The notes under the pieces: generated by a model
What the model was told of the DNA's origin: nothing
The model's database searches: none
What the model saw: the letters and a program-made list of their open reading frames with translations, nothing else
Shown: positions 1-9,858 of the stretch, piece after piece
How the letters are laid out: every line of letters begins with the position of its first letter
How positions within the stretch are numbered: position 1 is the first letter of the stretch
NCBI GenBank assembly: GCA_964473455.1
Contig: CAYYQX010000001.1
Span: 51,086 to 115,085, forward strand
Direction of reading: 5' to 3'
From: an uncultured Muribaculaceae bacterium
GTDB lineage: Bacteria > Bacillota_I > Bacilli_A > RF39 > UBA660
Length of the DNA stretch: 64,000 nucleotides
Translations under genes and position numbers: made by a program

Positions 1-554
1 AACTTTTTATAAACATTGTCCATAATGTTTTTTGTTTCTAATTCGGCTTCTTTGGCAGTTTCATGAACAGTATGTCCTTCTTGCCATAAAAACTCTCTAC
101 TTCTTAAAAAAGGACGTGTTTCTTTTTCCCATCTTAAGATATTACACCACTGATTATATTTAATAGGTAAATCTCTATAAGATTTTACTTTTCCACTGTA
201 GTAATCACTAAATAACGTTTCACTAGTTGGCCTAATGCATAATCTTTCTTCTAGCTTTTTTTGTCCTCCCATTGTTACCCAAGCAACTTCAGGAGCAAAT
301 CCTTGAACTAATTCACTTTCTTTTTTCAGTAAGTTTTCAGGTATTAAAAGAGGCATATAGACATTTTGATGATTAGTTTTTTGTAACATTTCATCTACGA
401 CACTTTTCATTTTTTCCCAAAGGGCATAACCATTTGGTTCAAGTATTATACAGCCTTTAACCTTAGAATAGTCCGCTAGTTTAGCAGCTGACACAACATC
501 TGTATACCACTTTGCAAAATCTATACTTCTTTTTGTAATTTTTTCGTTTGTCAT
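1..554 (-). CDS. proS: prolyl-tRNA synthetase, N-terminal part (gene continues beyond the left window edge)
   Basis: Own translation of the reverse strand from ATG 552-554 (GGAGG 5 nt upstream): [47 protein letters not shown]...[10 protein letters not shown]...[22 protein letters not shown]. This is an archaeal/eukaryote-like class II ProRS N-terminus. It is absent from the ORF track because it is truncated. Confidence 0.85.
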   Translation of the reverse strand, partial: MTNEKITKRSIDFAKWYTDVVSAAKLADYSKVKGCIILEPNGYALWEKMKSVVDEMLQKTNHQNVYMPLLIPENLLKKESELVQGFAPEVAWVTMGGQKKLEERLCIRPTSETLFSDYYSGKVKSYRDLPIKYNQWCNILRWEKETRPFLRSREFLWQEGHTVHETAKEAELETKNIMDNVYKK

Positions 555-563
555 AACTTCCTC

Positions 564-2297
564 CTAAATAAGTGTTTCAAAACCACTTCTTTTAAATAAT
601 TTTTCTAAATCATAATTTGAAAAAAATATAATTGTTGGTCTTCCGTGTGGGCAATTAAATGGATTATCACATTTTCTTAAATCATCAATTAAATGTTCCA
701 TTTCTTTTATAGTAATATTTTCATTTGCTTTTATTGCCTTTTTGCACGACATCATAATTGATGCTTTTTCATTAAATTTTTCAATAGAAAAATCTGTTTT
801 TTGTTCAATTATTATTTCTATTATTTTTCTAATTTGATCTTCTACATATTCTGTTATCCATGTTGGATGAGATTTTATTATTATTGAATTTATACCAAAC
901 TCTTCTATTTCAAAGTTTAAATTTCTTAATAAATTTAATTTTTCTTTTAAAATAATAAATTCATTGTTTGAAAATTCCATAGTAATTGGAATTAATAATT
1001 CAACAGAAGATGAGGAAGGATTTCCTAAACTCTTTTTAAACATTTCATAATTTATTCGTTCTTTTGCCGCGTGTTGGTCAACTAAATACATTCCCTTATC
1101 ATTTTGACATATAATATATGTACCATGAATAAGACCAATTGGCAACAATTCAGGAAGTCTTTCTATTTCTTTTAAGCTTCTTTCTTCTTCAATTACTTCT
1201 TCTTTTACACTTGCTTCATATAAAACTTCTTGTTCTTCAGTTCTGCTTAAATCAAATTGTATATATTCCGTTTTTACTTCAACTTTTTCAATTTGTTCTA
1301 CTTCTGGAATTAAATTAATTTGTCTAATTTTTTTACTTATTAAAGTTTCTATTAATTGCTTTAGTTCTTCAATTTTAGAAAACTTAATATCCATTTTTGT
1401 TGGATGAATGTTTACATCAATTATACTTGGATCGCAAGAAATGTTTATAACTACGATAGGATATCTTGTATCCGGTTTGAATGTGTGATAACTATCATTG
1501 ATTACTCTTGCAAGTTCGGCATTTCTTATTATTCTTGAATTTACAAGCGTAACAATGTGATTTCTTGTCGATCTATTTATTTCTGGCAAAGAGATATAAC
1601 CATCCACTTTATAATCGTCGTTTTCTCCTTCGATATAAAGCATTTTTTTAGCAACATTTATTCCGTATATTTCTTTTATTACTTTTAGTAAGTTTTCTTT
1701 CCCATCTGTCTTCACAATAGTACTACCATTATTCGTCAATGTAAAACTAATATTTGGATGTGAGAGAGCTAACTTATCAATATAGTCTGTAATGTTTGCA
1801 AGTTCGGCATATAAACTACGAAGGTGTTTTAGTCTGGCTGGTGTATTAAAAAATAAGTTTTTTACCGCTATAATTGTGCCTTTTCTTAATTCAGCATTAT
1901 TAACAGCAATAATTTTGCCACCATTTATTTCAACTTTTGTTCCAATTTCACCATTTGATGTTATAAGGTCTATTTGGCTAACTGATGAAATAGCAGCTAA
2001 AGCTTCTCCTCTAAATCCTAGTGTATTAATATTATATAAATCTTTTTCTGTTTTTAATTTACTAGTAGCATGTCTGTTAAAAGCCAAAATGGCATCTTCT
2101 TTGTCCATTCCATAACCATTATCTGTTATTTTTATCTCTTTAGTTCCTGCTTCTATTAAATCTACTCTAATATCTGTGCTTTCAGCATCTATACTATTTT
2201 CAACAAGTTCTTTTACAACAGAAGCACACTTTTCAACTACTTCTCCAGCGGCTATTTTATTAGCAAGATGTTCATCCATTATTTGAATTTTACTCAT
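564..2297 (-). CDS. mutL: DNA mismatch repair protein MutL
   Basis: N-terminal GHKL ATPase motifs (IAAGEVVEKCASVVKELVENSIDA, DNGYGM, LGFRGEAL). C-terminal MutL dimerisation/endonuclease region (QHAAKERINYE, CPHGRP). Confidence 0.95.
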   Translation of the reverse strand: MSKIQIMDEHLANKIAAGEVVEKCASVVKELVENSIDAESTDIRVDLIEAGTKEIKITDNGYGMDKEDAILAFNRHATSKLKTEKDLYNINTLGFRGEALAAISSVSQIDLITSNGEIGTKVEINGGKIIAVNNAELRKGTIIAVKNLFFNTPARLKHLRSLYAELANITDYIDKLALSHPNISFTLTNNGSTIVKTDGKENLLKVIKEIYGINVAKKMLYIEGENDDYKVDGYISLPEINRSTRNHIVTLVNSRIIRNAELARVINDSYHTFKPDTRYPIVVINISCDPSIIDVNIHPTKMDIKFSKIEELKQLIETLISKKIRQINLIPEVEQIEKVEVKTEYIQFDLSRTEEQEVLYEASVKEEVIEEERSLKEIERLPELLPIGLIHGTYIICQNDKGMYLVDQHAAKERINYEMFKKSLGNPSSSSVELLIPITMEFSNNEFIILKEKLNLLRNLNFEIEEFGINSIIIKSHPTWITEYVEDQIRKIIEIIIEQKTDFSIEKFNEKASIMMSCKKAIKANENITIKEMEHLIDDLRKCDNPFNCPHGRPTIIFFSNYDLEKLFKRSGFETLI

Positions 2298-3049
2298 CTT
2301 GTTCTCCCATCGATTGTGGTTCCACTGCTTGAAGGATATACTGTCCCAGAATAAGGATTATCACGAGTTATGGTAACTACTTGTCTTCTTAGGCCAAATG
2401 TTGGCGCCTTATCTGAAGGGTAAGAAGTTCTTATGTCTACTTGTCGAAATGGGTCTCTATCAAGAGGTGGTTGCATCATTTCTGTTGGGGTTTGGGGGTG
2501 TAAACCAAAATATATTTCTTTGTCTATTTCATCAAGAGTTCCTTGACCATAGTGAGTTATTATCTCTTTTCTTAATGCCTCTATGTTCATTTCATATTTA
2601 TACAAATCACTGTATAATTTTTTTCTGGCTTCTTTTTGACTCTCCTGCTTATTTCTGTTTTCATCAAGTAAAAGAAGTTCTACTTCACTTACTCTATTTC
2701 TTTTTCTAGTTTTTTCTTGTTCAATCATGTCACGGATAATTTTAGTTACAGTAACTGCTCCGCCTGCACCTAGACACATCGCTATTGCGGTTGGAACGAT
2801 AGTAGGAGTCATCCATGTACCAGCTACTACAGTGATTGCAATAGTGCCAAGTAGAGTTACTCCTCCATAATTAATTATTGTTTTTTTATAATCAACTTTT
2901 GGATCTTCTTTTTTCAATTGTGAATTCGTTGTACTTATTGCCATTTGAGTATTTGCTTCTTCTTTTTTCACATTGCTTAAATCTTGTTCTGCTTGGTTAT
3001 GTAAACGGATATATTTTAACAATTCATTTTTTAATTCTTCTATATTCAT
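2294..3049 (-). CDS. hypothetical membrane protein (coiled-coil N-terminus, two central Gly/Ala-rich TM helices, Pro-rich tail)
   Basis: 251-aa ORF with RBS AGAGG upstream. Hydrophobic stretch GGVTLLGTIAITVVAGTWMTPTIVPTAIAMCLGAGGAVTV. Its stop overlaps the mutL start (ATGA). No family recognised. Confidence 0.6.
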   Translation of the reverse strand: MNIEELKNELLKYIRLHNQAEQDLSNVKKEEANTQMAISTTNSQLKKEDPKVDYKKTIINYGGVTLLGTIAITVVAGTWMTPTIVPTAIAMCLGAGGAVTVTKIIRDMIEQEKTRKRNRVSEVELLLLDENRNKQESQKEARKKLYSDLYKYEMNIEALRKEIITHYGQGTLDEIDKEIYFGLHPQTPTEMMQPPLDRDPFRQVDIRTSYPSDKAPTFGLRRQVVTITRDNPYSGTVYPSSSGTTIDGRTR

Positions 3050-3084
3050 AACTCAAAACCTCTTCTATAAGAATAACACATTAA

Positions 3085-4857
3085 CTACTTTTTATCAATT
3101 GTCCTATTTAGATTTTCCTTTAAATTGATTGCGGTTTTTTCTGATAATATTTTTTTTAATTCCTCTATATCTGCTGCTTTTATTTTTTCAATACTTTTAT
3201 ATTTTTTTAATAATATTTCTTTTTTCTTATCACCAATTCCTTGGATATTATCAAGAATACTAGCTATTGCCCCTTTACTTCTTATCTGTCTGTGATAATG
3301 AATAGTAAAATTATGTACTTCGTCTTGCATTCTTTCTAATAAGAAAAATAGGTTACTTCTTTTATCTATCTGCATTTCAACAATTGGATCAAAAGCTAAA
3401 AGAGAACTGGTATTGTGTTTATCGTTCTTTTTTAATCCTACTACCATTATCTTTAAATTAAGACTATTTATAACTTCTCTTGCTACATTTATTTGGCCAA
3501 CTCCTCCATCTACTATGATTAAATCAGGCAAAGTTAAGTTGTCTTTTATAACTCTAACATATCTTCGATATATTACTTCTTCTAAGGTGTTATAATCATC
3601 GTTTTTATCAATAGATATTTTGAATTTTCGATATTCTTTTTTTTCTGGTTTGCCATTTATAAATACAATCATGCCAGAAACATTAAAACTGCCAAATATA
3701 TTTGAATTATCAAATATTTCTATTCGATCTAGTTTATTTAATTTAAGCTTTTCTTTTAACTCTTCGTTTGCAGCAATTGTTCTTTCTTCGTCTTTTTTTA
3801 CCAATTCATATTTTTCGTTTAGTTTTATTTTGGCATTGTTATTAGCCATTTCAACTAAGCTTTTTTTTACTCCTTTTTGAGGAATAAAACATTTTACATT
3901 TAAAAATTCACTTATAAGGTTGTTGTCAACAATATTTGGTACAAATATCTCTTTAGGTAACAAAACATCCTTACTATAAAAGTTAACAATATACCTTGTT
4001 AATTCTTCTTTAATTTCATCTATTAAAGGTATTATTTTAGAATGAACGCTTGCAATCTTACTATTTCTAATGAAAAAAACTTGGATGCTTAAATAGCCTT
4101 TGTCAGAATAATAACCAAAGACATCTCTATCAATAACACTTTTTAACTCTACCTCTTGTTTGGCTAAAACAATTTTAATATAATTAAGCATTTCTTTTAA
4201 CTCGTTTGCTTTTTCAAAGTCTAATATACTCGCTGATCTTTTCATTTCAGCATTTATTTTGTCTACAATAACTTGATCATTGCCCTTTAAAAAATCAATA
4301 ATTTCTTTTTTCATATTATTTAATTTTGCACTATCTACTTCTTTTAAACAATATCCTAAACATTCATTAATGTGATAGTAAAGACAGGGTTTATCTTTCA
4401 TGTTTTGACATTTTCTTAAAGGATATAATCTATTTAATAACATAACAATTTGTTTTGCGGCTTTCGCATTAGGATATGGTCCATATAAATTGGTATTTTT
4501 TCTTCTCTTATTAATGTTTCTAACAACTAGTAATCTTGGTGAGGTTGTATCAATAAATTCTATATAAGGGTAACTTTTATCATCTCGTAAAAGAATATTA
4601 TATTTTGGATTATATTTTTTTATCAAATTCATTTCTAATATTAATGATTCTATTTCACTATTTGTTACTATATATTCAAAATCATATATTTCAGATACAA
4701 GTAAAGCGGTTTTGCCAAAGTTAGTTTTATTAAAATATGAAGAAAGTCTTTTCTTTAAATCTTTTGCTTTCCCTACATATATAATATTCCCATCTTTGTT
4801 TTTCATAAGATAGCAACCTGGTTTATTCAAAACTAGTTTTAGTTTTTCTTTGATCAC
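3085..4857 (-). CDS. uvrC: excinuclease ABC subunit C
   Basis: GIY-YIG N-terminus (GCYLMKNKDGNIIYVGKAKDLKKRLSSYF), UvrBC and RNase H-like endonuclease regions, C-terminal (HhH)2. GTG start preceded by AGAGGTGA. Confidence 0.95.
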   Translation of the reverse strand: MIKEKLKLVLNKPGCYLMKNKDGNIIYVGKAKDLKKRLSSYFNKTNFGKTALLVSEIYDFEYIVTNSEIESLILEMNLIKKYNPKYNILLRDDKSYPYIEFIDTTSPRLLVVRNINKRRKNTNLYGPYPNAKAAKQIVMLLNRLYPLRKCQNMKDKPCLYYHINECLGYCLKEVDSAKLNNMKKEIIDFLKGNDQVIVDKINAEMKRSASILDFEKANELKEMLNYIKIVLAKQEVELKSVIDRDVFGYYSDKGYLSIQVFFIRNSKIASVHSKIIPLIDEIKEELTRYIVNFYSKDVLLPKEIFVPNIVDNNLISEFLNVKCFIPQKGVKKSLVEMANNNAKIKLNEKYELVKKDEERTIAANEELKEKLKLNKLDRIEIFDNSNIFGSFNVSGMIVFINGKPEKKEYRKFKISIDKNDDYNTLEEVIYRRYVRVIKDNLTLPDLIIVDGGVGQINVAREVINSLNLKIMVVGLKKNDKHNTSSLLAFDPIVEMQIDKRSNLFFLLERMQDEVHNFTIHYHRQIRSKGAIASILDNIQGIGDKKKEILLKKYKSIEKIKAADIEELKKILSEKTAINLKENLNRTIDKK

Positions 4858-4867
4858 AATTCACCTC

Positions 4868-5566
4868 TTACTTAGCTATTTTAAAATACTCTCCCGAGTC
4901 TAAAAACAGTGTTCCTTTTGCGCCGTTAAAATTTTTTATTATTTCCATATAATTATTAATACTAGTTAGTTTATATAAAGTTAAATATACATAGTTTCCA
5001 TCATTCATTGTAAATAAAAATCTTTTGTCATCAACTTCATTTGCCACATATTCAATTTCTGATATTCTATTTATTATATCAACACTCAACTCACTCATTT
5101 TTTCTACAAATACTTCATATATACTAGTTGGAATAGTTGTTAATACTGTTGGCGCAGTTAGTTTCATATTCACTTCTGTTTGATCTTGCATTATTGTTTT
5201 AAAATTAATACTGTCATAAAAAAGTGGAATGTTCTCTTGAATTTCAATATAAACTTCCGTTAAGTTTTTTTTATATACCTTAGCTGATTTTATATATATG
5301 CTTTTTTCTAATTTATTTTTTATTTTGTTAGCTGAATTTAAAAGAGTGGAAGGATAATTTTTAATACCTGCTTCTTCTATTATTTCTATATCAGATAAAT
5401 AAGAATTATTTAATATGAATATATTAGATATTTTTATATTAAAAAAACAAATAATAATAAATGTTATTATAGCAACTATAGTTAATAAAATAAAAACGTT
5501 TTTGTATTTTATTTTATATTTTTTTTTTGCTTCTTTAATTTTTTTCATAAAAATTCCTTTATTCAA
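4868..5566 (-). CDS. divIB: cell division protein DivIB/FtsQ-like (N-terminal TM plus POTRA)
   Basis: Basic N-terminus, one TM helix (VFILLTIVAIITFIIICFF), then a POTRA-like segment (ISNIFILNNSYLSDIEIIEEAGI). Sits directly downstream of murG-murB as in dcw clusters. Confidence 0.6.
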   Translation of the reverse strand: MNKGIFMKKIKEAKKKYKIKYKNVFILLTIVAIITFIIICFFNIKISNIFILNNSYLSDIEIIEEAGIKNYPSTLLNSANKIKNKLEKSIYIKSAKVYKKNLTEVYIEIQENIPLFYDSINFKTIMQDQTEVNMKLTAPTVLTTIPTSIYEVFVEKMSELSVDIINRISEIEYVANEVDDKRFLFTMNDGNYVYLTLYKLTSINNYMEIIKNFNGAKGTLFLDSGEYFKIAK

Positions 5567-6452
5567 TAAACTCTTGTTCTATTTTTAAATCAAGTCCATA
5601 TTCTTTTTTTACTTTTTCATGAATCTCTAATATCAAGTCTTTTATATCTTGCCCTTTAGCATTACCATTATTAATAATAAAATTGGCATGTTTTTTACTT
5701 ACCATGGCACCTTTTTTTTCTTTTCCTTTGTAACCTAAAGATTCAATAATTCTCCAAGCTGAATCATTAGTTGGGTTTCTAAAAACACTTCCTGCGCAAG
5801 GTTTGTCAATTGGCTGTGTTTCCATTCTTCTTTTTTGACGATCAAGCATTAGCTCTAAAATTTCTTTTTTATCTCCATGTTTTAACTTCAATTTTGCTTC
5901 AAGACAAATATAGTCTTTGTTTTTTAATAAAAATGATGTTCGATAATGAAAATCTAGCTCTTTATTTTGCATAGTAATTATGTTTAAATTAGGATCTAAA
6001 AGTTTTGCTTCCTTAACAATATAACCCATATCGCTTTTATAAGCGCCAGCGTTCATATAAACAGCGCCACCGACAGTTCCAGGGATACCAGCAGCAAATT
6101 CAAGTCCAGATAGTGCTTCTTTAGCAACTTCTGCTGCCAATTTAGCTAAACTATATCCAGCTTCAGCAGTCACTTCATTACCATCTATAACCATTTTTTT
6201 TAGATTATTTAACTTTATTAAAACACCATCATAATATTTTGTGAATATAACATTTGAACCATTCCCAATAACGCGGTGTTTGATGTTTTTTGCTTTTAAG
6301 TATTCTAATAACTTTTTTAACTTATCTATGTCAGTTGGAAAAGCAATCGCAAAAGCTTTTTCATTTAATTTATATGATGTATACTTTTTTAAATCTACTT
6401 CTGTTTCAATTTCTCCGATATTTAAAGCTTTTAAATCTGTTATTGTATTCAT
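5559..6452 (-). CDS. murB: UDP-N-acetylenolpyruvoylglucosamine reductase
   Basis: FAD-binding and MurB C-terminal motifs (GNGSNV, GIPGTVGGAVYMNAGAY, AGSVFRNP). Start moved to the ATG at 6450-6452, which has GAGGA upstream. The track start 6464 would overlap murG. Confidence 0.9.
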   Translation of the reverse strand: MNTITDLKALNIGEIETEVDLKKYTSYKLNEKAFAIAFPTDIDKLKKLLEYLKAKNIKHRVIGNGSNVIFTKYYDGVLIKLNNLKKMVIDGNEVTAEAGYSLAKLAAEVAKEALSGLEFAAGIPGTVGGAVYMNAGAYKSDMGYIVKEAKLLDPNLNIITMQNKELDFHYRTSFLLKNKDYICLEAKLKLKHGDKKEILELMLDRQKRRMETQPIDKPCAGSVFRNPTNDSAWRIIESLGYKGKEKKGAMVSKKHANFIINNGNAKGQDIKDLILEIHEKVKKEYGLDLKIEQEFIE

Positions 6453-6453
6453 C

Positions 6454-7521
6454 TTATTCCTCACTTATTATTTTTTTAATTTCTTTATATGCCTTTGTAG
6501 CGCTTTTTTCTATATCAAGTTTTTTCAAATTGTTTTTTATCAGTTGTAATTTTGCTTCATCATTAATACATTTGTCTATTTCAGCTACTAATTTCTCTTT
6601 TGTCAAATCTTTTTCTTCTATTAAAATCCCTGCTTCGTTATTAATTAGTTCTAAAGCATTTTTATATTGATGATTATTGGCAACATATGGGCTTGGAATT
6701 AATATTGAAGGAATATTTAAACTAATTATCTCACTAAGCGTTGTAGCACCACTTCTAGTAACCATTAAATCAACTTTTTTTAATATTCTTGTTTGGTTAT
6801 CAATGTATGGCAATATAACAACGTTATCGTATTTTTTGTTTTGAAACTCAGGATAATACTTTTCTCCTGTCACAAATAAAACTTCATAATTCTTTGTTTT
6901 AAATAAGTCTAAGGTCTCCTTTAAAATACTGTTTACTTTTTTAGAGCCCAAAGAACCCATTACTATATATACAAGTTTTTTATTTGTTAAACCAAATTCT
7001 TCTTTGCTTGCTTCTTTTATGTTTTTAGCGCTCTCACTACACGGATTTCCTGTAAACTTAATTTTTAATTTTGAATCAGTTGAAGTCGAAGAAAAAGACG
7101 TTAATATTAAACTTACTTTTTTGGCTAAAATTTTGTTTGCTTTTCCTAACATACTATTTTGTTCATGAATAACTGTTTTATATTTTTTATAAGAGGCTAA
7201 AATAACTGGAAGAGTTACATATCCACCAGTTCCTATTACAACATCTGGATTAAAGTCTTTTATTACTTTACGACATTTCATGACAGCATTAAAAAGTAAA
7301 AATATATTTTTTAAATTTTTAAGTATATTTTTATTAAACCCATATATTTTTATAGCTACATATTTGATGTTTCTTCTTGGAATAATGTCCTTTTCCATTC
7401 TGTTATGAGTTCCAATATATAAAAACTCACTATTTGGTTCTTTTTCTTTTATTTTCTCCAAGATTGCTAGAGCAGGATAAATATGTCCGCCTGTTCCACC
7501 AGCACTAATTACTACTCTCAT
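6454..7521 (-). CDS. murG: UDP-N-acetylglucosamine--N-acetylmuramyl-(pentapeptide) pyrophosphoryl-undecaprenol GlcNAc transferase
   Basis: MRVVISAGGTGGHIYPALA N-terminus. The C-terminal GT28 motif region (VTRSGATTLSEI) is typical of MurG. Confidence 0.92.
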   Translation of the reverse strand: MRVVISAGGTGGHIYPALAILEKIKEKEPNSEFLYIGTHNRMEKDIIPRRNIKYVAIKIYGFNKNILKNLKNIFLLFNAVMKCRKVIKDFNPDVVIGTGGYVTLPVILASYKKYKTVIHEQNSMLGKANKILAKKVSLILTSFSSTSTDSKLKIKFTGNPCSESAKNIKEASKEEFGLTNKKLVYIVMGSLGSKKVNSILKETLDLFKTKNYEVLFVTGEKYYPEFQNKKYDNVVILPYIDNQTRILKKVDLMVTRSGATTLSEIISLNIPSILIPSPYVANNHQYKNALELINNEAGILIEEKDLTKEKLVAEIDKCINDEAKLQLIKNNLKKLDIEKSATKAYKEIKKIISEE

Positions 7522-7599
7522 AACTTCACCTATAGTAATTATAGCATTTATTATTGTTATTTAAAACAAATCTGTACTTAGTTTACGTAAAAAAAGAGT

Positions 7600-8490
7600 T
7601 TAGACTGTTCTCATTCTAAACACTTTTTGTTTTTCTTTTATCATTGGCACTTTTATAACTAAAAGAGTTCTTTCTTTTCCCTCTACCTTCGGATAACTTC
7701 CTTGAAGAATGTTCTTTCTGTTTTCATTATCACTTAATATAGTAATATTACCATTAGTATAAACGTAAATTGCCGCCACTCCTTCTCTTTGTAATTCTTC
7801 TAAAGAATAGTGTTGAATAGTGGTAAAATCTAATGCTTTATTACTACCATCTAGAACCCCAAAGCTTCCAAGAGCGTTTCCGTTTGGAAAAGTTTTTCTA
7901 AATAAACACCTACACTCCTTATCATTCCAGTCGTCTTTTATTCCTTCAAATTCAGACGTTAGTTTCATGTGAATTGATCTTATTTTCATTCCACTTGTAT
8001 ATAAATCAGGCAAAGGTTCAAACAAGGTCATTCCATTTTCTTTTACAAATAAAACATTAGCGTCTCCTATATTAAATATAGAAACATCATCGCCGACAAT
8101 ACTTACTCCAGAAGCTGTGGCTGAATAAAAGTTTTTTCCTAAATAATCCACTTCAAACTGATTAGCTTCTCCCCACACACAGTTCATATTATATATTTTC
8201 CCTTGGATAGTATTTTCTTTGCTTAATACAAAAGTTGCGGCTGATGCAAGAGCAAATCTTCTAAGTTTTCTTAATTCTTTATAGTACGGAAAAGCTAAAT
8301 CTGGATTTTTTTTAATTTTGTCAACTGAAAATATTTCACCATTTGGTAAGTCTCTTGTAACTCCATCTACAACACATGCGTGATAAATATCGCCATATCC
8401 ACATGCATAACTTACATCTGTTCCAAGTAGCCTACTAAATGGAATCTTTTTTATTAAACTATCTCCTTGATAATACTTTTTTGCTTTCAT
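7600..8490 (-). CDS. hypothetical protein (possible degenerate PP2C-like fold)
   Basis: 296-aa ORF with strong RBS AAGGGGGA. HACVVDGVT, SGVSIVGDDVSIFNIGDANVLFVKENG and AAIYVYTNGNITIL occur in the same order as the three PP2C motifs of the bona fide phosphatase at 12967-13698, with the last Asp replaced by Asn. Weak resemblance only. Confidence 0.4.
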   Translation of the reverse strand: MKAKKYYQGDSLIKKIPFSRLLGTDVSYACGYGDIYHACVVDGVTRDLPNGEIFSVDKIKKNPDLAFPYYKELRKLRRFALASAATFVLSKENTIQGKIYNMNCVWGEANQFEVDYLGKNFYSATASGVSIVGDDVSIFNIGDANVLFVKENGMTLFEPLPDLYTSGMKIRSIHMKLTSEFEGIKDDWNDKECRCLFRKTFPNGNALGSFGVLDGSNKALDFTTIQHYSLEELQREGVAAIYVYTNGNITILSDNENRKNILQGSYPKVEGKERTLLVIKVPMIKEKQKVFRMRTV

Positions 8491-8510
8491 TGTTCCCCCT
8501 TAAAGCTTTA

Positions 8511-9833
8511 TTATAATTTTAGCCTTTCCATTAGTTTTTCAACATATAAGTTTTCAAGTATATATACTTCCTTACAACTCATAAAAATAATTACCGCGTC
8601 ATCATATTTTAACAATTTATCAACAGTTTCCATACTAATATGTTCGCCATTATTTAATTTGTCAATTATGTTATATGAAGTAATGTTTGGGTAGTCTTCC
8701 TTATTTTCTCTGTCATCAGTAATATCCATAACATAAGCTACATCAGCTATATTTAAGCTTTCTGCAAAGTCTTTATCAAAATCTCTAACTCTAGAATATG
8801 TGTTAGGTAAAAATACCGCTACCACTTTTTTATCAGGATACTTTTGTTTAGCAGCCTTAATTGTTACTTTAATTTCCGTTGGATGATGCGCATAGTCACC
8901 TATTATGACATTATTTCCAACAAATCTTTCTTGAAATCTTCTAGAAGCCCCTTTAAAAGTTTTTAAGTGTTTGGCTACTTCTTTAGCATCTAATCTTTCA
9001 TAATAACAAACTCCAATTACCGCTAATGCGTTTAAAAGCATGTGTTTGCCAAAAACTTCTAATTCAAAATGGCCATAGTAGTTTCCTTCAATAAAAACAT
9101 CAAAGTTTGTTCCACTACTCTTATATTCTACTTCTTTAGCGACAATGTCATTGTCATCATCCAAGCCATAGAAGAAAATTGGCTTATCAACATTTAAATA
9201 TCTAATATATGGGTCACTTCCACAAGCAATAATCATCTTTTCAGCATTATTTGCGAACTCTTGGTAAGCATCTACCATATCACTCATGTCTTTATAATAA
9301 TCAGTGTGCTCTAGTTCTATATTCGTAATAATGGCATATTCTATCTTATAATTTAAAAAATGTCTTTTGTACTCACAAGATTCTAGAATCAATTTTTTGT
9401 TTTCTTTTCTGGCATAACCGTGTCCGTCACCAATAATATAATTACAGCCTTTAATATTGTTATAAATTAGAGACAGCATCGATGTTGTCGTTGTTTTACC
9501 GTGTGTTCCAGCAATACCTACTGTTTCAAACTTTTCTGTTAGTTTGCCTAACATTTCTTGATACTCATAAGTTTTAAGGTTCAATTGAGCCGCTCTTTGC
9601 ATTTCAATATGTTCATCTCTAATAGCCGGGCTTCTAACAACTATCGTGTCAGAATCCATTGGAAATTCATTTGGAGTTGTATAAATCTTTATGTTTCTTT
9701 CAACTAAGTTGTCCTCAGTAAATCTATGATCCTTTGCGTCATCATAGCCAATAACTGTATACTCCAAATCATCTAAAAATAAGGCTAGCGCACTCATTCC
9801 AGCACCTTTTATCCCTATTAAATAATATTTCAT
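8511..9833 (-). CDS. murC: UDP-N-acetylmuramate--L-alanine ligase
   Basis: MKYYLIGIKGAGMSALALFL and GIAGTHGKTTTTSM Mur ligase motifs. Start set at the ATG 9831-9833 preceded by GGAGG. The longer track ORF start lacks an RBS. Confidence 0.92.
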   Translation of the reverse strand: MKYYLIGIKGAGMSALALFLDDLEYTVIGYDDAKDHRFTEDNLVERNIKIYTTPNEFPMDSDTIVVRSPAIRDEHIEMQRAAQLNLKTYEYQEMLGKLTEKFETVGIAGTHGKTTTTSMLSLIYNNIKGCNYIIGDGHGYARKENKKLILESCEYKRHFLNYKIEYAIITNIELEHTDYYKDMSDMVDAYQEFANNAEKMIIACGSDPYIRYLNVDKPIFFYGLDDDNDIVAKEVEYKSSGTNFDVFIEGNYYGHFELEVFGKHMLLNALAVIGVCYYERLDAKEVAKHLKTFKGASRRFQERFVGNNVIIGDYAHHPTEIKVTIKAAKQKYPDKKVVAVFLPNTYSRVRDFDKDFAESLNIADVAYVMDITDDRENKEDYPNITSYNIIDKLNNGEHISMETVDKLLKYDDAVIIFMSCKEVYILENLYVEKLMERLKL

Positions 9834-9858
9834 GTTTCCTCCACCATCTAAAATAAGT

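Noticed and set aside
1792-2115. The many 60-160-aa ORFs in the track lying antisense to long conserved genes, e.g. 1792-2115, 2398-2709, 3413-3880, 6241-6670, 22461-22949, 31109-31513, 35120-35593, 55908-56300, 56955-57224 and 59333-59674.
   Set aside because: They fall entirely inside well-supported genes on the opposite strand. Their low-complexity Phe/Leu/Ser/Ile-rich translations are typical of the shadow frames of AT-rich coding DNA. I saw no RBS for them.
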